Shown here in pieces: positions 35,295-49,300 of a stretch of DNA of 64,000 nucleotides. The DNA is from Eledone cirrhosa (lineage: Eukaryota), in contig OZ024753.1 of NCBI GenBank assembly GCA_964016885.1, positions 47,225,333 through 47,289,332 of the forward strand. Reading direction: 5' to 3'. Each line of letters starts with the position of its first letter. The stretch's first letter is position 1. The position numbers were made by a program, and so were the translations under genes. Below the pieces are notes generated by a model, which worked only from the letters and a program-made list of their open reading frames with translations, ran no database searches and was not told the DNA's origin.

Positions 35295-37775
35295 TATATA
35301 TTATGTGTGTGTGTATATTATGTGTGTATGTATTCTGTGTGTATTATGTGTCTGTATTAGGTGTCTGTATTTGTGCGTATTATCTGTGTGTATTTGTGTA
35401 TTATCTGTATTATATGTGTGTATTATATGTGTATATGTGTGTATTATGTGTGTTGGTGGATTGGCAGTATCGGTAGAGGGTCGGACGCCATGCTTTGACG
35501 CATAGAGTTACGGCCCTTGCTATTCTGGGTTCAAATCCCGCCGAGGTTAACTTTGCCTTTCATCCTTACGGGGTTGATAAAATAAAGGACCAGTAATGCA
35601 CTGGGATAATTGCTGGCCTTGTGCCAAAAGTAGAAACAATTGTGTGTATTATATGTGTGTATTATGTGTGTATTATATGTGTGTATTATCTGTGTATTAT
35701 GTGTGTATTATGTGTGTATTATCTGTGTATTATATGTGTGTATATGTGTGTATTATCTGTGTGTATTATCTGTGCGTATTATCTGTATTATATGTGTGTA
35801 TTATGTGTGTATTATGTGTGTATTATCTGTGTATTATCTGTGTATTATATGTGTGTATATGTGTGTATTATCTGTGTGTATTATCTGTGCGTATTATCTG
35901 TGCGTATTATCTGTATTATATGTGTATTATGTGTGTATTATCTGTGTATTATGTGTGTATTATCTGTGTGTATATGTGTGTATTATCTGTATTATATGTG
36001 TGTATTATCTGTATTATATGTGTGTATTATGTGTGTATTATATGTGTGTATTATCTGTGTATTATGTGTGTATTATCTGTGTATTATATGTGTGTATATG
36101 TGTGTATTATCTGTGTGTATTATCTGTGCGTATTATATGTGTATTATGTGTGTATTATGTGTGTATTATCTGTGTATTATGTGTGTATTATCTGTGTATT
36201 ATATGTGTGTATATGTGTGTATTATATGTGTGTATTATCTGTGCGTATTATCTGTATTATATGTGTGTATTATCTGTATTATTATATGTGTGTATTATAT
36301 GTGTGTATTATCTGTGTATTATGTGTGTATTATCTGTGTATTATATGTGTGTATATGTGTGTATTATCTGTGTATTATCTGTGCGTATTATCTGTGCGTA
36401 TTATCTGTATTATATGTGTGTATTATGTGTGTATTATGTGTGTATTATCTGTGTATTATGTGTGTATTATCTGTGTATTATATGTGTGTATTATCTGTGC
36501 GTATTATCTGTATTATATGTGTGTATTATCTGTATTATATGTGTGTATTATATGTGTGTATTATCTGTGTATTATGTGTGTATTATCTGTGTATTATATG
36601 TGTGTATTATCTGTGCGTATTATCTGTATTATATGTGTGTATTATCTGTATTATATGTGTGTATTATGTGTGTATTATATGTGTGTATTATGTGTGTATT
36701 ATCTGTGTATTATATGTGTGTATATGTGTGTATTATCTGTGCGTATTATCTGTATTATATGTGTATTATCTGTATTATATGTGTGTATTATATGTGTGTA
36801 TTATCTGTGTATTATGTGTGTAATATCTGTGTATTATATGTGTGTATATGTGTGTATTATCTGTGCGTATTATCTGTATTATATGTGTGTATTATCTGTA
36901 TTATATGTGTGTATTATATGTGTGTATTATCTGTGTATTATGTGTGTATTATCTGTGTATTATATGTGTGTATTATATGTGTGTATTATCTGTGCGTATT
37001 ATCTGTATTATATGTGTGTATTATCTGTATTATATGTGTGTATTATGTGTGTATTATATGTGTGTATTATCTGTGTATTATATGTGTGTATTATCTGTGT
37101 ATTATATGTGTGTATATGTGTGTATTATATGTGTATTATCTGTGCGTATTATCTGTATTATATGTGTGTAATATCTGTATTATATGTGTGTATTATGTGT
37201 GTATTATATGTGTGTATTATCTGTGTATTATGTGTGTATTATCTGTGTATTATGTGTGTATTATCTGTGTATTATATGTGTGTATATGTGTGTATTATCT
37301 GTGCGTATTATCTGTATTATATGTGTGTATTATGTGTGTATTATGTGTGTATTATGTGTATTATCTGTGTATTATGTGTGTATTATCTGTGTATTATATG
37401 TGTGTATATGTGTGTATTATCTGCGTATTATCTGTATTATATGTGTGTATTATGTGTGTATTATATGTGTGTATTATCTGTGTATTATGTGTGTATTATC
37501 TGTGTATTATATGTGTGTATTATCTGTGCGTATTATCTGTATTATATGTGTGTATTATCTGTATTATATGTGTGTATTATGTGTGTATTATGTGTGTATT
37601 ATCTGTGTATTATGTGTGTATTATCTGTGTATTATGTGTGTATTATCTGTGTATTATGTGTGTATTATCTGTGTATTATATGTGTGTATATGTGTGTATT
37701 ATCTGCGTATTATCTGTATTATATGTGTGTATTATGTGTGTATTATGTGTGTATTATGTGTCTGTATTATGTGTG
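35295..37775. repeat. Complex satellite of 9-13 bp variants (TATTATGTGTG, TATTATCTGTG, TATTATATGTGTG, TATTATCTGTGCG)
   Basis: Directly visible. Produces spurious C/V/Y/I-rich ORFs in all three + frames. Confidence 0.95.
35453..35641 (+). mobile_element. Full-length tRNA-derived SINE inserted in the satellite
   Basis: TGGCAGTATCGG A-box-like, GGTTCAAATCC B-box, TTTGCCTTTCATCC core, ends GTAGAAACAATT. Confidence 0.9.
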
Positions 37776-38399
37776 TATTTGTAATAAATGTCTACTATAT
37801 ACACATGTATATATATATAATATATAAATACAATATAATAATATATGTTGGTGTGTATCGGGTTTGTGTTTATATCACCGTAGAAATCTGTTTATGCAAC
37901 ATTCTAATTAGCAAAGGGAAATTACTGTAGTATATTTTAATAAAAATATTTTATTTTCCGTTTTAGCCAGAAATTTTGTTGTTTGATAAAACTGTCATTG
38001 AATTTATGCCTTGTCTGTTTCTGCTGAAGACTACTTTACTAATTAAGCTTAGGCTTAATTTATTATATCGGTTTTCATCGTAAAATTGAGACGGGTGTTT
38101 TTTCATGTCTATTTAATGCAGCACGTTAGTGATATAGTAAGTTTTAGTTTCTATTTGTTTGAATATCATTTCGAAGCAGATACGACGGGGTTCATTAATT
38201 TCTAGATGAATTATTTGGGTTTAGTTTTAGTTTGTGGTTGTGTGTGTGTGTGTGTGGGGGGGGGGGTATATATAAAACTGAATAGCTATATATATTTATA
38301 TCATCTTGTCAATATCTAACCTTTTTCCTCATAAATATAGACAGAAATTACGGTATACAAGTAGGCACATGCATTAAAACTTAATATATGGTTATGTTA

Positions 38400-38880
38400 C
38401 CAGGAAGCTGGAGAGTGAAAGTAATATAGTTACGGTTATCTTGAGGAAACGCTATATTTTTTTTTTTATACGCTTTTGCAATATAAGAATAGGAAACGAA
38501 GACAAACTGATTGATGCAGACAAAATATATATTTATGGTAATTGTTCAGAATTAAGATCGTAGATGTGACCGATGTGAAGCAGCTGTAGAAAGTTGGCAT
38601 GATGTAGTGAAGAATGCAGTGGGTAGAAAAGACATCCCCGAGAATAAACATAGAAAGAGTAGTTGGTGATTGTTGCAGTGAAAATCAATGAAGTACAAGC
38701 ATAACGGACAAGAGAGAAGAATGCAGGCCCAGCAGTTGGAGTTCGCTGCCAAGCAGATGCCAATATAATATGAAATATTAGGGAATCGGATAATGTCGAT
38801 TCCGTTTTATTGCAAAAGCGAATCCTTTAAAGTGCGAAACAATATAGTGTTTGTCGTTGATGTATTTATATCTATATTAC
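38400..38880. repeat. Unclassified ~500-bp module with seven copies in the duplication
   Basis: GAATGCAGT..GTAG.AAAGACA.CCCCGAGA...GCAGATGCCAATATAAT at ~38.4, 41.6, 43.6, 46.1, 48.0, 51.2 and 53.1 kb. Confidence 0.85.
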
Positions 38881-38999
38881 TCTACATAAGCCCGCAAACA
38901 GGCCTTCAACAGTAAATATGTAATTGGCCTTTGTTTAAAAAGAAATTTTTTTTCTTAATATAATTGTTTATCTGCTGGATTGGTCATTGACCATTTTAG

Positions 39000-40580
39000 T
39001 AGGAGAGGGGATTTTGTTAGTGGTGTGTTACCTTCGCTGACTTAACTCTCTGAGAAAGAAAAGCAATTATATTTTTCTTTGACTGTATTTAGCCACTGAA
39101 GAATGGGTGTAGCTCCTTGGAGCACTCCAACCAATAATTCGAAGAACCATCGGGTGTAATGACTTTGGCTTTAGTGTTCGTGTAGAGCAGTGATACTTTT
39201 GTATTCCACAAAAATCTTGATCAGGCAGTGACGATAGTCAGAATTATAGGCAATTTGCTTTAGCTCCCTCAAATATCTTCCTCAGCATCAGGATGTGACC
39301 GTTGGTTGATCTTTATCTCTGAAGCTGTTCTGGTTGTTTGAGCTTTTTGTCCATGTAGGGCTGGATTCTCTTAAGAATCATCCTGTTGAGGTTCTTTGCC
39401 ACAAGTGAGGTCTCCCTGTAGTTGTTGCTGTTAAAGAGATCTGCCTTCTTTGGCAGTGGCACGAAGTTACTGATCGTCCACTGGTTCAGGGAAACTCGTT
39501 TCTCCAGTCCCTTTTTACAGAACTGCAAGCTATGAAAATCACAACTCTACATGACCTGATGCCACTCGATTTTCTCCATGGGCCTTGCCCTCCTTTATCT
39601 TCTTTTTTTGCTCTCTGAAGCTCTCTGGCAAAGGGTCCTGTCTCAATATTCAGTTTTTGTAACAGCCACCTGATCTGCCCAGTGTTCTTGGCTGTGGAGG
39701 GCATCTCATAGTTGTGTTCTAAAATGGTCCAGCCACTTCCTTTTTCCTATCCTCTGGATCTGTTTCCTTGATCTGACCTTTCCTCCATGTGATCTCGTTG
39801 ATCATCCAACTGTCAACCGTTCTCTTAACACTTTTAGTGCCTCCTCTCTGGCGTCAATGTAAGCGGTACAGAGTGCTTCCCTCATCACCTCCACTGTGTC
39901 CATCCTCTCCATAGGATCAGCACAGAATTGGTCCTTGGCAGGCTGCACACACCTTTGGGTCTGCAGAACTGACATGCTTCTTCTTCTTTCTCCTCAGCAT
40001 CAGTGTCTCACTTGCTTCTGCTACTGCATTGTTCAAGTAGCCGTACCTCTTTGTCAAACTCTCTACAAAGAGCACTGAACCTGTTGCTCACTTCTCCTGT
40101 GAACCTCTTCTGTAGCTTATGTTCATTGAAAGTTCCCCAGTCATAGATTATACTGTTGGTGTAGCCTTGCTCTTTCTTAAGCTCACTCGGACCTCACTCA
40201 TAACAAGCATGTGTCCACTGTCCCAGTGTACTGAAATAGTTGTATGGTTCTGTGTTGAGAACACTATTGCGCTGCTTTTTCCTCACCAGAAAGAAATCAA
40301 TCTAGGTCTTGGTCCACATCTTTTCTGGATTCTTCCTTAACGTTAGGTTGGTTGCCATCAAGTTTGCATCCAGCATGGCGTCTGTCGGTAGTCTTCCATT
40401 TCGGTTGGTGTTAGGGAATTACCAGCGCGGATCTTCACTGCTCTCCTTACTCAGATGTGCATAGAAGTCCCTCAGAAGAATGATGTTTTGAGCTTGTGTG
40501 GTGTTGACAGCTCTACAGATCTCATGAAATTCCTCTGCATTCACATCACTGTCTCCCTTGGTAGAACTATAAGCTGATAT
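39000..40580 (-). mobile_element. Heavily decayed LINE (EN, linker, RT start); copies at ~44280-44970 (internally deleted) and ~48640-50190
   Basis: NQWTISNFVPLPKKADLFNSNNYRETSL...LNRMILKRIQP, KAHG.D-like motif, and a DF.AH EN remnant near 40460. Confidence 0.75.
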
Positions 40581-40599
40581 CCGGTTTTAAATTCCTGTT

Positions 40600-41545
40600 A
40601 TTGCCTGCAGGACTATGATAAAAAGGAGAGGGCTAAGAACAGCCCTGGTGTACACGGACCTGCATGCTAAATTCCTCGCTCTAATCATTGATAACCCTAA
40701 CTTTGCTGATTGTTTCTTTATACATGGCTTGTACAGCCCTCATAAGCCATTCATCTACTTTTAATTTTCCAAGAGCCGACCGTATTATAGCATGGTGGAC
40801 TCTGTCGAAGGCTTTTTCCATTTCGACAAATGCCAGGTAGAGTGGCTTACTTTTAGCTAGGTACTAATCAACTGTGCTATAACTCTTTACGTTACTTTCA
40901 TGATCTGGTCCATCAGCTTTATACCTCTCTAGTTTCCTCTATCTAGTGCATCACCTTTACCTTTGTATCAGTTGACCATGATGCTGCTGCACGAATCGTT
41001 TAGTATTATCTAGTTAACATTACTTGTGGTTATGGTCTGATCTACTGACCCAGATGCCTTGAGCATCTCGGCAACTATACCCGATGGACCGGTTGCCTTC
41101 CCCGTCTTCATATCTTTGATTGCCATACTATATTGCTGCTGACTTGTTCTGCTAGCCCCTCTATAGGGTTCACTTTGGGTATGGTATCTTTTTCCCATGC
41201 ATTCTCCCCATTTAGTAATCTTTCATACTGGCTCTTCCATGCATCTCCTCAGAAATTGTGAGTGCAATCTGACCTTTATCATTCTGGATACACTTTTGTC
41301 CAATGACATCACAATTCTCTGACACACTGCCTCGTAATCTCGAACACCTGTTTCTGTTCCTCGTGTTGCAAAAGATGCTTGAAATTCCTATCCTCTACCT
41401 CCCTTCTAGCTAAGTATACTTGTCGCCTAGCTTTGCTCCTGGTCTCTATGTAATGTGCCCTGTTTTTCCATTCTTTCCATGCCTGTCTCTTAGCCTTAAT
41501 TGCCTCATCTACCATATTGTTCTACCACCAAGTGACTCTCCTAAT
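40600..41545 (-). mobile_element. RTE LINE fragment (linker plus RT); copies at ~44990-46040 and ~50200-51110
   Basis: VDEAIKAKRQAWKEWK, KTGKATGPSGIVAEMLKASG, KPLYLAFVEMEKAFDRV. Confidence 0.85.
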
Positions 41546-42174
41546 CCATGTATATATCTTTTTATCATTATCCTTTTCTCAAATATACACACATGCAAAT
41601 ATTATGCATGGATATGTTAACTGGTAGCTGGAGAGTGAGAATAATATAGATGATAAAAATCTATCTTCAGCAACAAGTGCTATATTGTCTCCCATGTTGA
41701 AAGATATTATTTTACAATATAAGAACTTGAAACTAAGACTAACTGATGTATAGAATAGAAAGACCTAGATGTGAAAAGAAGTGGAAATTGTGCAGATTGA
41801 AGATTGAAGATTTGACCGATGTGAAGAAACTGGAAAGATGTTTCGAAAAGAGTGAAGAATGCAGTCCGTAGGAAAGACACCCCCGAGAGTGAACATTTGA
41901 AGCTAGAGCAAGGTTTTAAGAGTTAGAAAGAGTAGTTGTTGATTGTTCCTGTGAAAAGCAATGAAGTGCAAGCATAACAGACGAGACAAGAATGCAGACC
42001 CAGCAGTCGGAGATAAGCAGCGAAGCAGATGCCAATATAATATTAAATATTAGAGAATCAGTTTGTTCTTATTTCATGTTTTATTGCGAAATGGTATTGT
42101 TGAAAGCTAAAGACAATATAGCGTTTGTTGAAGATGATGTATACTTTCTATGCAGAAATAAGGAAACATTTGCA

Positions 42175-43005
42175 GTCATCTTCATAATCATACGTTCGCT
42201 TTCAAGTGTGGGACATGTACTATTGAGCACCGCCTCTCCACTTATACCGGTCGTTGGTCACCTCGTTGGTGATTGTTAGCGATTTGAGGTCTGCTTTCAC
42301 CACCCGTCTGTTTTTCTTAGTCTTCCTTCTACTGGAATTACTTGGCACATGTTTACCCAGCAAACCATCTTATTCTTCTCTCCTGCACATAACTCATACC
42401 CATTTTCTCTCTCAACTCATCTCTGCTCGGTCGTCGGAGCATGCTTCCTTCATTTCTTTGCCAGCCTTGGCATATTCTCTGCAATTGCTGGCCATGTCTC
42501 ACTTCTTCCAACCCATCTTTATTGTAGATATTATGGCCTCGTAGTAGCCTCCTCTCTTTCTAATCTGCTCATCTGTATAGAACCCACCTTCATTTGAAAA
42601 CTGTTTCTATCACTGTCACTTCTACTGTGAAATTTCTCTGTACATGTAGTTTTCACTACCTGTTTGCTTGCTATCCCACTACATATGTTGAGTACCCCAG
42701 ATGTGCATTGTGTATATTTTATAGAATTTATCCCAACTCCTTTTCAACATAGGGAGCATGTCCTCTTTTCTATGTTTTTATTCTGTCCTCTTGCTTCCAA
42801 CTACTGTTTCCATAGACAGCATTTCTTCTTTAGCTTCTTTACTGATTCTGCTATAAGAACCAGATCGTCATGGACAGCTAGTTTTAAACGCATCTGTTAC
42901 TGACAGCACCTCTGTACAAAGCCTGCACTGCCCTCACAAGACATTCCCCAACACCTAGTTTGGTTAGGCACCACCAGATGACAGATCATGGTACCCTACC
43001 AAAGG
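42175..43005 (-). mobile_element. RTE LINE 3' fragment with (TGA)n-like tail; copies at ~46670-47500 and ~51730-52590
   Basis: EGTRSRGRLGKT...VVRADLKSL in the 51775 ORF. The 3' end resembles 228-420. Confidence 0.8.
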
Positions 43006-43124
43006 AGTTGTCTGTCAACAAAATTAATTGCTAAGATGGATTACATTGCCACCGGTTATATTTTATATATTTCCTAAGACTCGTTTGATTAAAAAGCTTT
43101 TACTGACATTATTAGTTGTAGCTA

Positions 43125-43310
43125 GGCGGTGGGTTGGCAGTATCGGTGGATGGTCGGACGCCATGCTTTGACTTAAAGAGTTACGTCCCTTTACGATCTG
43201 AGTTCAAATCCCGCCGAGGTTAACTTTGCCTTTCATCCTTACGGGGTGGATAAAATAAAGTACCAGTAATGTACTGGGTTATTGCCGGCCTTGTGCCAAA
43301 AGTAGAAACA
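43125..43310 (+). mobile_element. Full-length tRNA-derived SINE with 17-bp target-site duplication
   Basis: A-box-like TGGCAGTATCGG, B-box GAGTTCAAATCC. TSD ATTATTAGTTGTAGCTA at 43108-43124 and 43311-43327. Confidence 0.93.
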
Positions 43311-46300
43311 ATTATTAGTTGTAGCTATAAGTTTAGCTAGATTGCCAGCGTTGAAATAGTATATGTCTATGTATACACGTACACATGTTATTATGTATAG
43401 TGTTTTTGTGTTTATACGTCTACAAATGTTTATGCCATATTTCAATTAGCAAAGGGAGTTTTACTCTTGGATATTTTAATAAAATTACGAGTTGTTTCCC
43501 CTCTTAGCAGGAAATTTAGTTGTTTGATAAAACTCAATATTCAAGGCTGGTTGTCTCGGTCAGTGGTAAGCGTCTGTTGAAGACTAGACATCGAAATTAC
43601 GATATACAAGTACACGCATGGATATGTTGCCAAGGAGCTGTCGAGTGATTATAATGTAGATAAGCAAAATCTATGAACACTCGCTATATTATCTCGCACT
43701 TTTATGGATATGTTTTTGCAATACAAGAATAGGAAACGAAGAAAAACTAATTCACTGAATACAGTGTGATGCAGGCAAAAGATGTTGAAATTGTGCCGAA
43801 TTAAGATTGAAAATTTGACCGATGTGAAAGAAGCTGTGGAAAATTTGCATGATGTAATGAAGAATGCATTGGTTAGAAAAGACATCCCCGAGAATAAACA
43901 GAAAGAGTAGTTGCGGATTGTTCCAGTGAAAATCAATGAAGTGCAAGCATAACAGATGAGAGAAGCATGCAGGCCCAGCAGTTCGAGTTAGCTGCCAAGG
44001 AGATGCCAATATAATATAAAATATTAATGGAATCAGATAGTTTATTGATTCCCTGTTTTATTGCAAAAGCGAATCCTTTAAAGTGCGAGACAATATAGTG
44101 TTTGTCGTTGATGTATTTTTATCTATATTACTCTGCGTAAATACGGAAAAATTTATGAGATGCCCGACCCTACATAAGCCCACAAACAGACATTCAACAG
44201 TAAATATTTAATTGTCCTTTGTTTAAAAAGAAATTTTTTTTTCTTAATATAATTGTTTATCTGCTGGATTGGTCATTGACCATTTTAGTAGGAGAGGGGA
44301 TTTTGTTAGTGGTGCGTTACCTTCGCTGACTTAACTCTGAGAAAGAAAAGCAATTATATTTTTCTTTAACTGTATTTAGCCACTGAACAATGGGTGTAGC
44401 TCCTTGGAGCACTCGGGTGTAATGACTTTGGCTTTAGTGTTCGTGTAGAGCAGTGATACTTTTGTATTCCACAAAAATCTTGATCAGGCAGTGACGATAG
44501 TCAGAATTATAGGCAATTTGCTTTAGCTCCTTCAAATATCTTCATCAGGATGTGACCGTTGGTTGATCTTTATCTGTGAAGCTGTTGTGGTTGTTTGAGC
44601 TTTTTGTCCATGTAGGGCTGGATTCTCTTAAGAATCACACCCTGTTGAGGGTCTTTGCCACAAGTGAGGTCCCCCTGTAGTTGGTGTTAGAGAGATCTGC
44701 CTTCTTTGGCAGTGGCACGAAGTTACTGATCGTCCACTGGTTCAGGGCAACTCGTTTCTCCAGAACTGAAAATCACAACTCTACATGACCTGTAGCCACT
44801 CGATTTTCTCCATGGGCCTTGCCCTCCTTTATCTTTTTTTGCTCTCTGAAGCTCCTCTGGCAAAGGGTCCTGTCTCAATATGCAGTTTTTGTAACGGCCA
44901 CCTGATCTGCCCAGTGTTCTTGGCTGTGGAGGGCATTTCATAGTTGTCTACTAAAATGGTCTAGACTATAATCTGACATCCGGTTTTAAATTCTTGTTAT
45001 TGCCTGCAGGACTATGATAAAAAGGAGAGGGCTAAGAACAGCCCTGGTGTACACGGACCTGCATGCTAAATTCCTCGCTCTAGTCATTGATAACTGCTGA
45101 TTGTTTCTTTATACATGGCTTGTACAGCCCTCATAAGCTATTCATCTACTTCAAATTTTCTAAGAGCCCACCAGATTATAGCATGGTGGACTCTGTCGAA
45201 GGCTTTTTCCATTTCGACAAATGCCAGGTAGAGCGGCTTACTTTTAGCTAGGTACTTTTCCTGTAACTGCCTCACAAAGGTGAGGACATGGATGGTGCCT
45301 TTTCCTGGTACAAAGCCCAATTGCATATCATGTAGTTTCACCCTGTTCCTAATCAACTCTTTGTTACTTTCATGACCTGGTCCATCAGCTTTATACCTCT
45401 AGTTTCCTCTATCTAGTGCATCACTTTTACCTTTGTATCAGTTGACCATGATGCTGCTGCACGAATCGTTTGGTACGACGCCCTTTAGTATTACCTAGTT
45501 AACAATACGTGTGGTTATGGTCTGATCTACCGACCCAGATGCCTTGAGCATCTCGGCAGCTATACCCGATAGACTGGTTGCCTTCCCCGTCTTCATATCT
45601 TTGATTGCCATACTACATTGCTGCTGACTTGTTCTGCTAGCCCCTCTATAGGGTTCACTTTGGGTATGGTATCTTTTTCCCATACATTCTCCTCATTTAG
45701 TAATATTTCATACTGGCTCTTCCACGCATCTTCTCAGCACTTGTGAGTGCAAGCTGACTTTTATCATTCTGGATACACTTTTGTCCAATGACATCACAAT
45801 TCTCTCTGAAACACTGCCTCGTAATCTGGAACAACTGTTTCTGTTCCTCGTGTTGCAAAACATGCTTGAATTTCCTATCCTCTGCCTCCCTTCTAGCTAA
45901 GTATACTTGTCGCCTAGCTTCGCTCCTGGTCTCTATGTAATGTGCCCTGTTTTTCCATTCTTTCCATGCCTGTCTCTTAGCCTTAACTGGCTCATCTACA
46001 ATATTGTTCTACCACCAAGTCACTCTCCTCATCCATGTATATATCTTTTTATCATCTTTTTCTCAAATATCCACACATGACGACACACATGCAAATATTA
46101 TGCATGGATATGTTAACTGGTAGCTGGAGAGTGAGAATAATATAGATGATAAAAATCTATCTTCAGCAACAAGTGCTATATTGTCTCCCATGTTGAAAGA
46201 TATTATTTTACAATATAAGAACTTGAAACTAAGACTAACTGATGTATAGAATAGAAAGACCTAGATGTGAAAAGAAGTGGAAATTGTGCAGATTGAAGAT

Positions 46301-49300
46301 TGAAGATTTGACCGATGTGAAGAAACTGGAAAGATGTGTCGAAAAGCGTGAAGAATGCAGACCGTAGGAAAGACATCCCCGAGAGTGAACATTTGAAGCT
46401 AGAGCAAGGTTTTAAGAGTTAGAAAGAGTAGTTGTTGATTGTTCCTTTGAAAAGCAATGAAGTGGAAGCATAACAGACAAGAATGCAGACCCAGCAGTCG
46501 GAGTTAAGCAGCGAAGCAGATGCCAATATAATATTAAATATTAGAGAATCAGTTTGTTCTTATTTCATGTTTTATTGCGAAATGGTATTGTTGAAAGCTA
46601 AAGACAATATAGCGTTTGTTGAAGATGATGTATATTACTTTCTATGCAGAAATAAGGAAACATTTGCAGTCATCATCATCATACGTTCGCTCTCAAGTGT
46701 GGGACATGTACTATTGAGCACCGCCTCTTTCGGCTTATACCGGTCGTTGTTCACCTCGTTGGTGATTGTTAGCGATTTGAGGTCTGCTCTCACCACCCTG
46801 TCTATGTTTTTCCTAGTCTGTCTTCTACTCGAATTACTTGGCACTTGTTTACCCAGCAAACCATCTTATACTTTTCTCCTGCACACAACTCATACCCATT
46901 TTCTCTCTCAACTCATCTCTGCTCGGTCGTCGGAGCATGCTTCCTTCATTTCTTTGCCAGCCTTGGCATATTCTCTGCAATTGCTGGCCATGTCTCACTT
47001 CTTCCAACCCATCCTTATTGTAGATATTATGGCCTCGTAGTAGCCTCCTCTCTTTCTAATCTGCTCATCTGTATAGAACCCACCTTCATTTGAAAACTGT
47101 TTCTATCACTGTCACTTCTACTGTGTAATTTCTCTGTACATGTAGTTTTCACTACCTGTTTGCTTGCTATCCCACTACATATGTTGAGTACCCCACATGT
47201 GCATAGTGTATATTTTATAGAATTTATCCCAACTATTTTTCAACATAGGGAGCATGTCCTCTTTTCTATGTTTTTATTCTGTCCTCTTGCTTCCAACTAC
47301 TGTTTCCATAGACAGCATTTCTTCTTTAGCTTCTTTACTGATTCTGCTATAAGAACCAGATCGTCATGGACAGCTAGTTTTAAACGCATCTGTTACTGAC
47401 AGCACCTCTGTACAAAGCCTGCACTGCCCTCACAAGACATTCCCCAACACCTAGTTTGGTTGTGCACCACCAGATGACAGATCATGGTACCCTACCAAAG
47501 GAGTTGTCTGTCAACAAAATTAATTGCTAAGATGGTTATATTTTATATATTTCCTAAGACTCGTTTGATTAAAAAGCTTAATTTTTATTTCTTTTTACTA
47601 TTAGTTGTAGCTCTTATAAGTTTAGCTAGATTGCCAGCGTTGAAATAGTTGCGCTTTAGTTGTGATGTAGGTGTTGCAAGTTCCGGCTGTAAGTCGTGGG
47701 GGTGTAGTATATTGTCATGTATGTGTACATATGTCCGTGTATGTATACACGTACACATGTGTGTAGTGTTTTTGTGTTTATACGTCTACAAATGTATATG
47801 CAATATTTCAATTAGCAAAGGGAGATTACTGTTTGAATTTTTTAATAAAAATAAGAGTTGTTTCCCCTGTTAGCAGGAAATTTAGTTGTTTGATAAAACT
47901 GAATTGTCAAGGCTGGTTGTCTCGGTCAGTGCTAAGTGTCTGCTGAAGACTAGACATCTAAATTACGATATATAAGTACACACATCCATGCATGGATATG
48001 TTGCCAAGGAGCTGTCGAGTGATTATAATGTAGATAAGCAAAATCTATGAACACTCGCTATATTATCTCGCACTTTTATGGATATGTTTTTGCAATATAA
48101 GAATAGGAAACGAAGAAAAACTAATTGACTGAATACTGTGTGATGCAGGCAAAAGATGTTGAAATTGTGCCGAATTAAGATTGAAAATTTGACCGCTGTG
48201 GAGCAGCTGTGGAAAATTTGCATGATGTAGTGAAGAATGCAGTGGGTAGAAAAGACATCCCCGAGAATAAACAAGAGTAATTGGTGATTGTTGCAGTGAA
48301 AATCAATGAAGTACAAGCATAACAGACGAGACAGAAGAATGCAGGCCCAGCAGTTGGAGTTCGCTGCCAATATAATATAAAATATTATTGAATCAGATAG
48401 TTTATTGATTCCCTGTTTTATTGCAAAAGCGAATCCTTTAAAGTGCGAGACTATAGTGTTTGTCGTTGATGTATTTTTATCTATATTACTCTGCGTAAAT
48501 ACTGAATTTATGAGATGCCCGACCCTACATAAGCCCACAAACAGACATTCAACAGTAAATATTTAATTGTCCTTTGTTTAAAAAGAAATTTTTTTTTCTT
48601 AATATAATTACGTTTATCTGCTGGATTGGTTATTGACCATTTTTGTAGGAGGGGATTTTGTTAGTGGTGTGTTACCTTCGCTGACTTAACTCTCTGAGAA
48701 AGAAGAGCAATTTTGATATTTTTCTTTGACTGTATTTAGCCACTGAAGAATGGGTGTAGCTCCTTGGAGCACTCCCAACCAATAGTTCGAAGAACCATCG
48801 GGTGTAATGACTTTGGCTTTAGTGTTCGTGTAGAGCAGTGATACTTTTGTATTCCACAAAAATCTTGATCAGGCAGTGACGATAGTCAGAATTATAGGCA
48901 ATTTGCTCAAATATCTTCATCAAGATGTGACCGTTGGTTGATCTTTATCTCTGAAGCTGTTGTGGTTGTTTGAGCTTTTTGTCCATGTAGGGCTGGATTC
49001 TCTTAAGAATCACACCCTGTTGAGGGTCTTTGCCACAAGTGAGGTTCCCCTGTAGTTGGTGTTAGAGAGATCTGCCTTCTTTGGCAGTGGCACGAAGTTA
49101 CTGATCGTCCACTGGTTCAGGGCAACTCGTTTCTCCAGAACTGAAAATCACAACTCTTACATGACCTGTAGCCACTCGATTTTCTCCATGGGCCTTGCCC
49201 TCCATTATCTTCTTTTTTTGCTCTCTGAAGCTCCTCTCTGGCAAAGGGTCCTGTCTCAATATGCAGTTTTTGTAACAGCCACCTGATCTGCCCAGTGTTC

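Noticed and set aside
35596-37930. 743-aa, 714-aa and other long Cys/Val/Tyr-rich ORFs
   Set aside because: They are translations of a nearly stop-free satellite in all three frames, not genes.
43125-43215. tRNA gene
   Set aside because: A and B boxes are present but I could not fold a cloverleaf. It has a shared body, multiple copies and a TSD, so it is a SINE.
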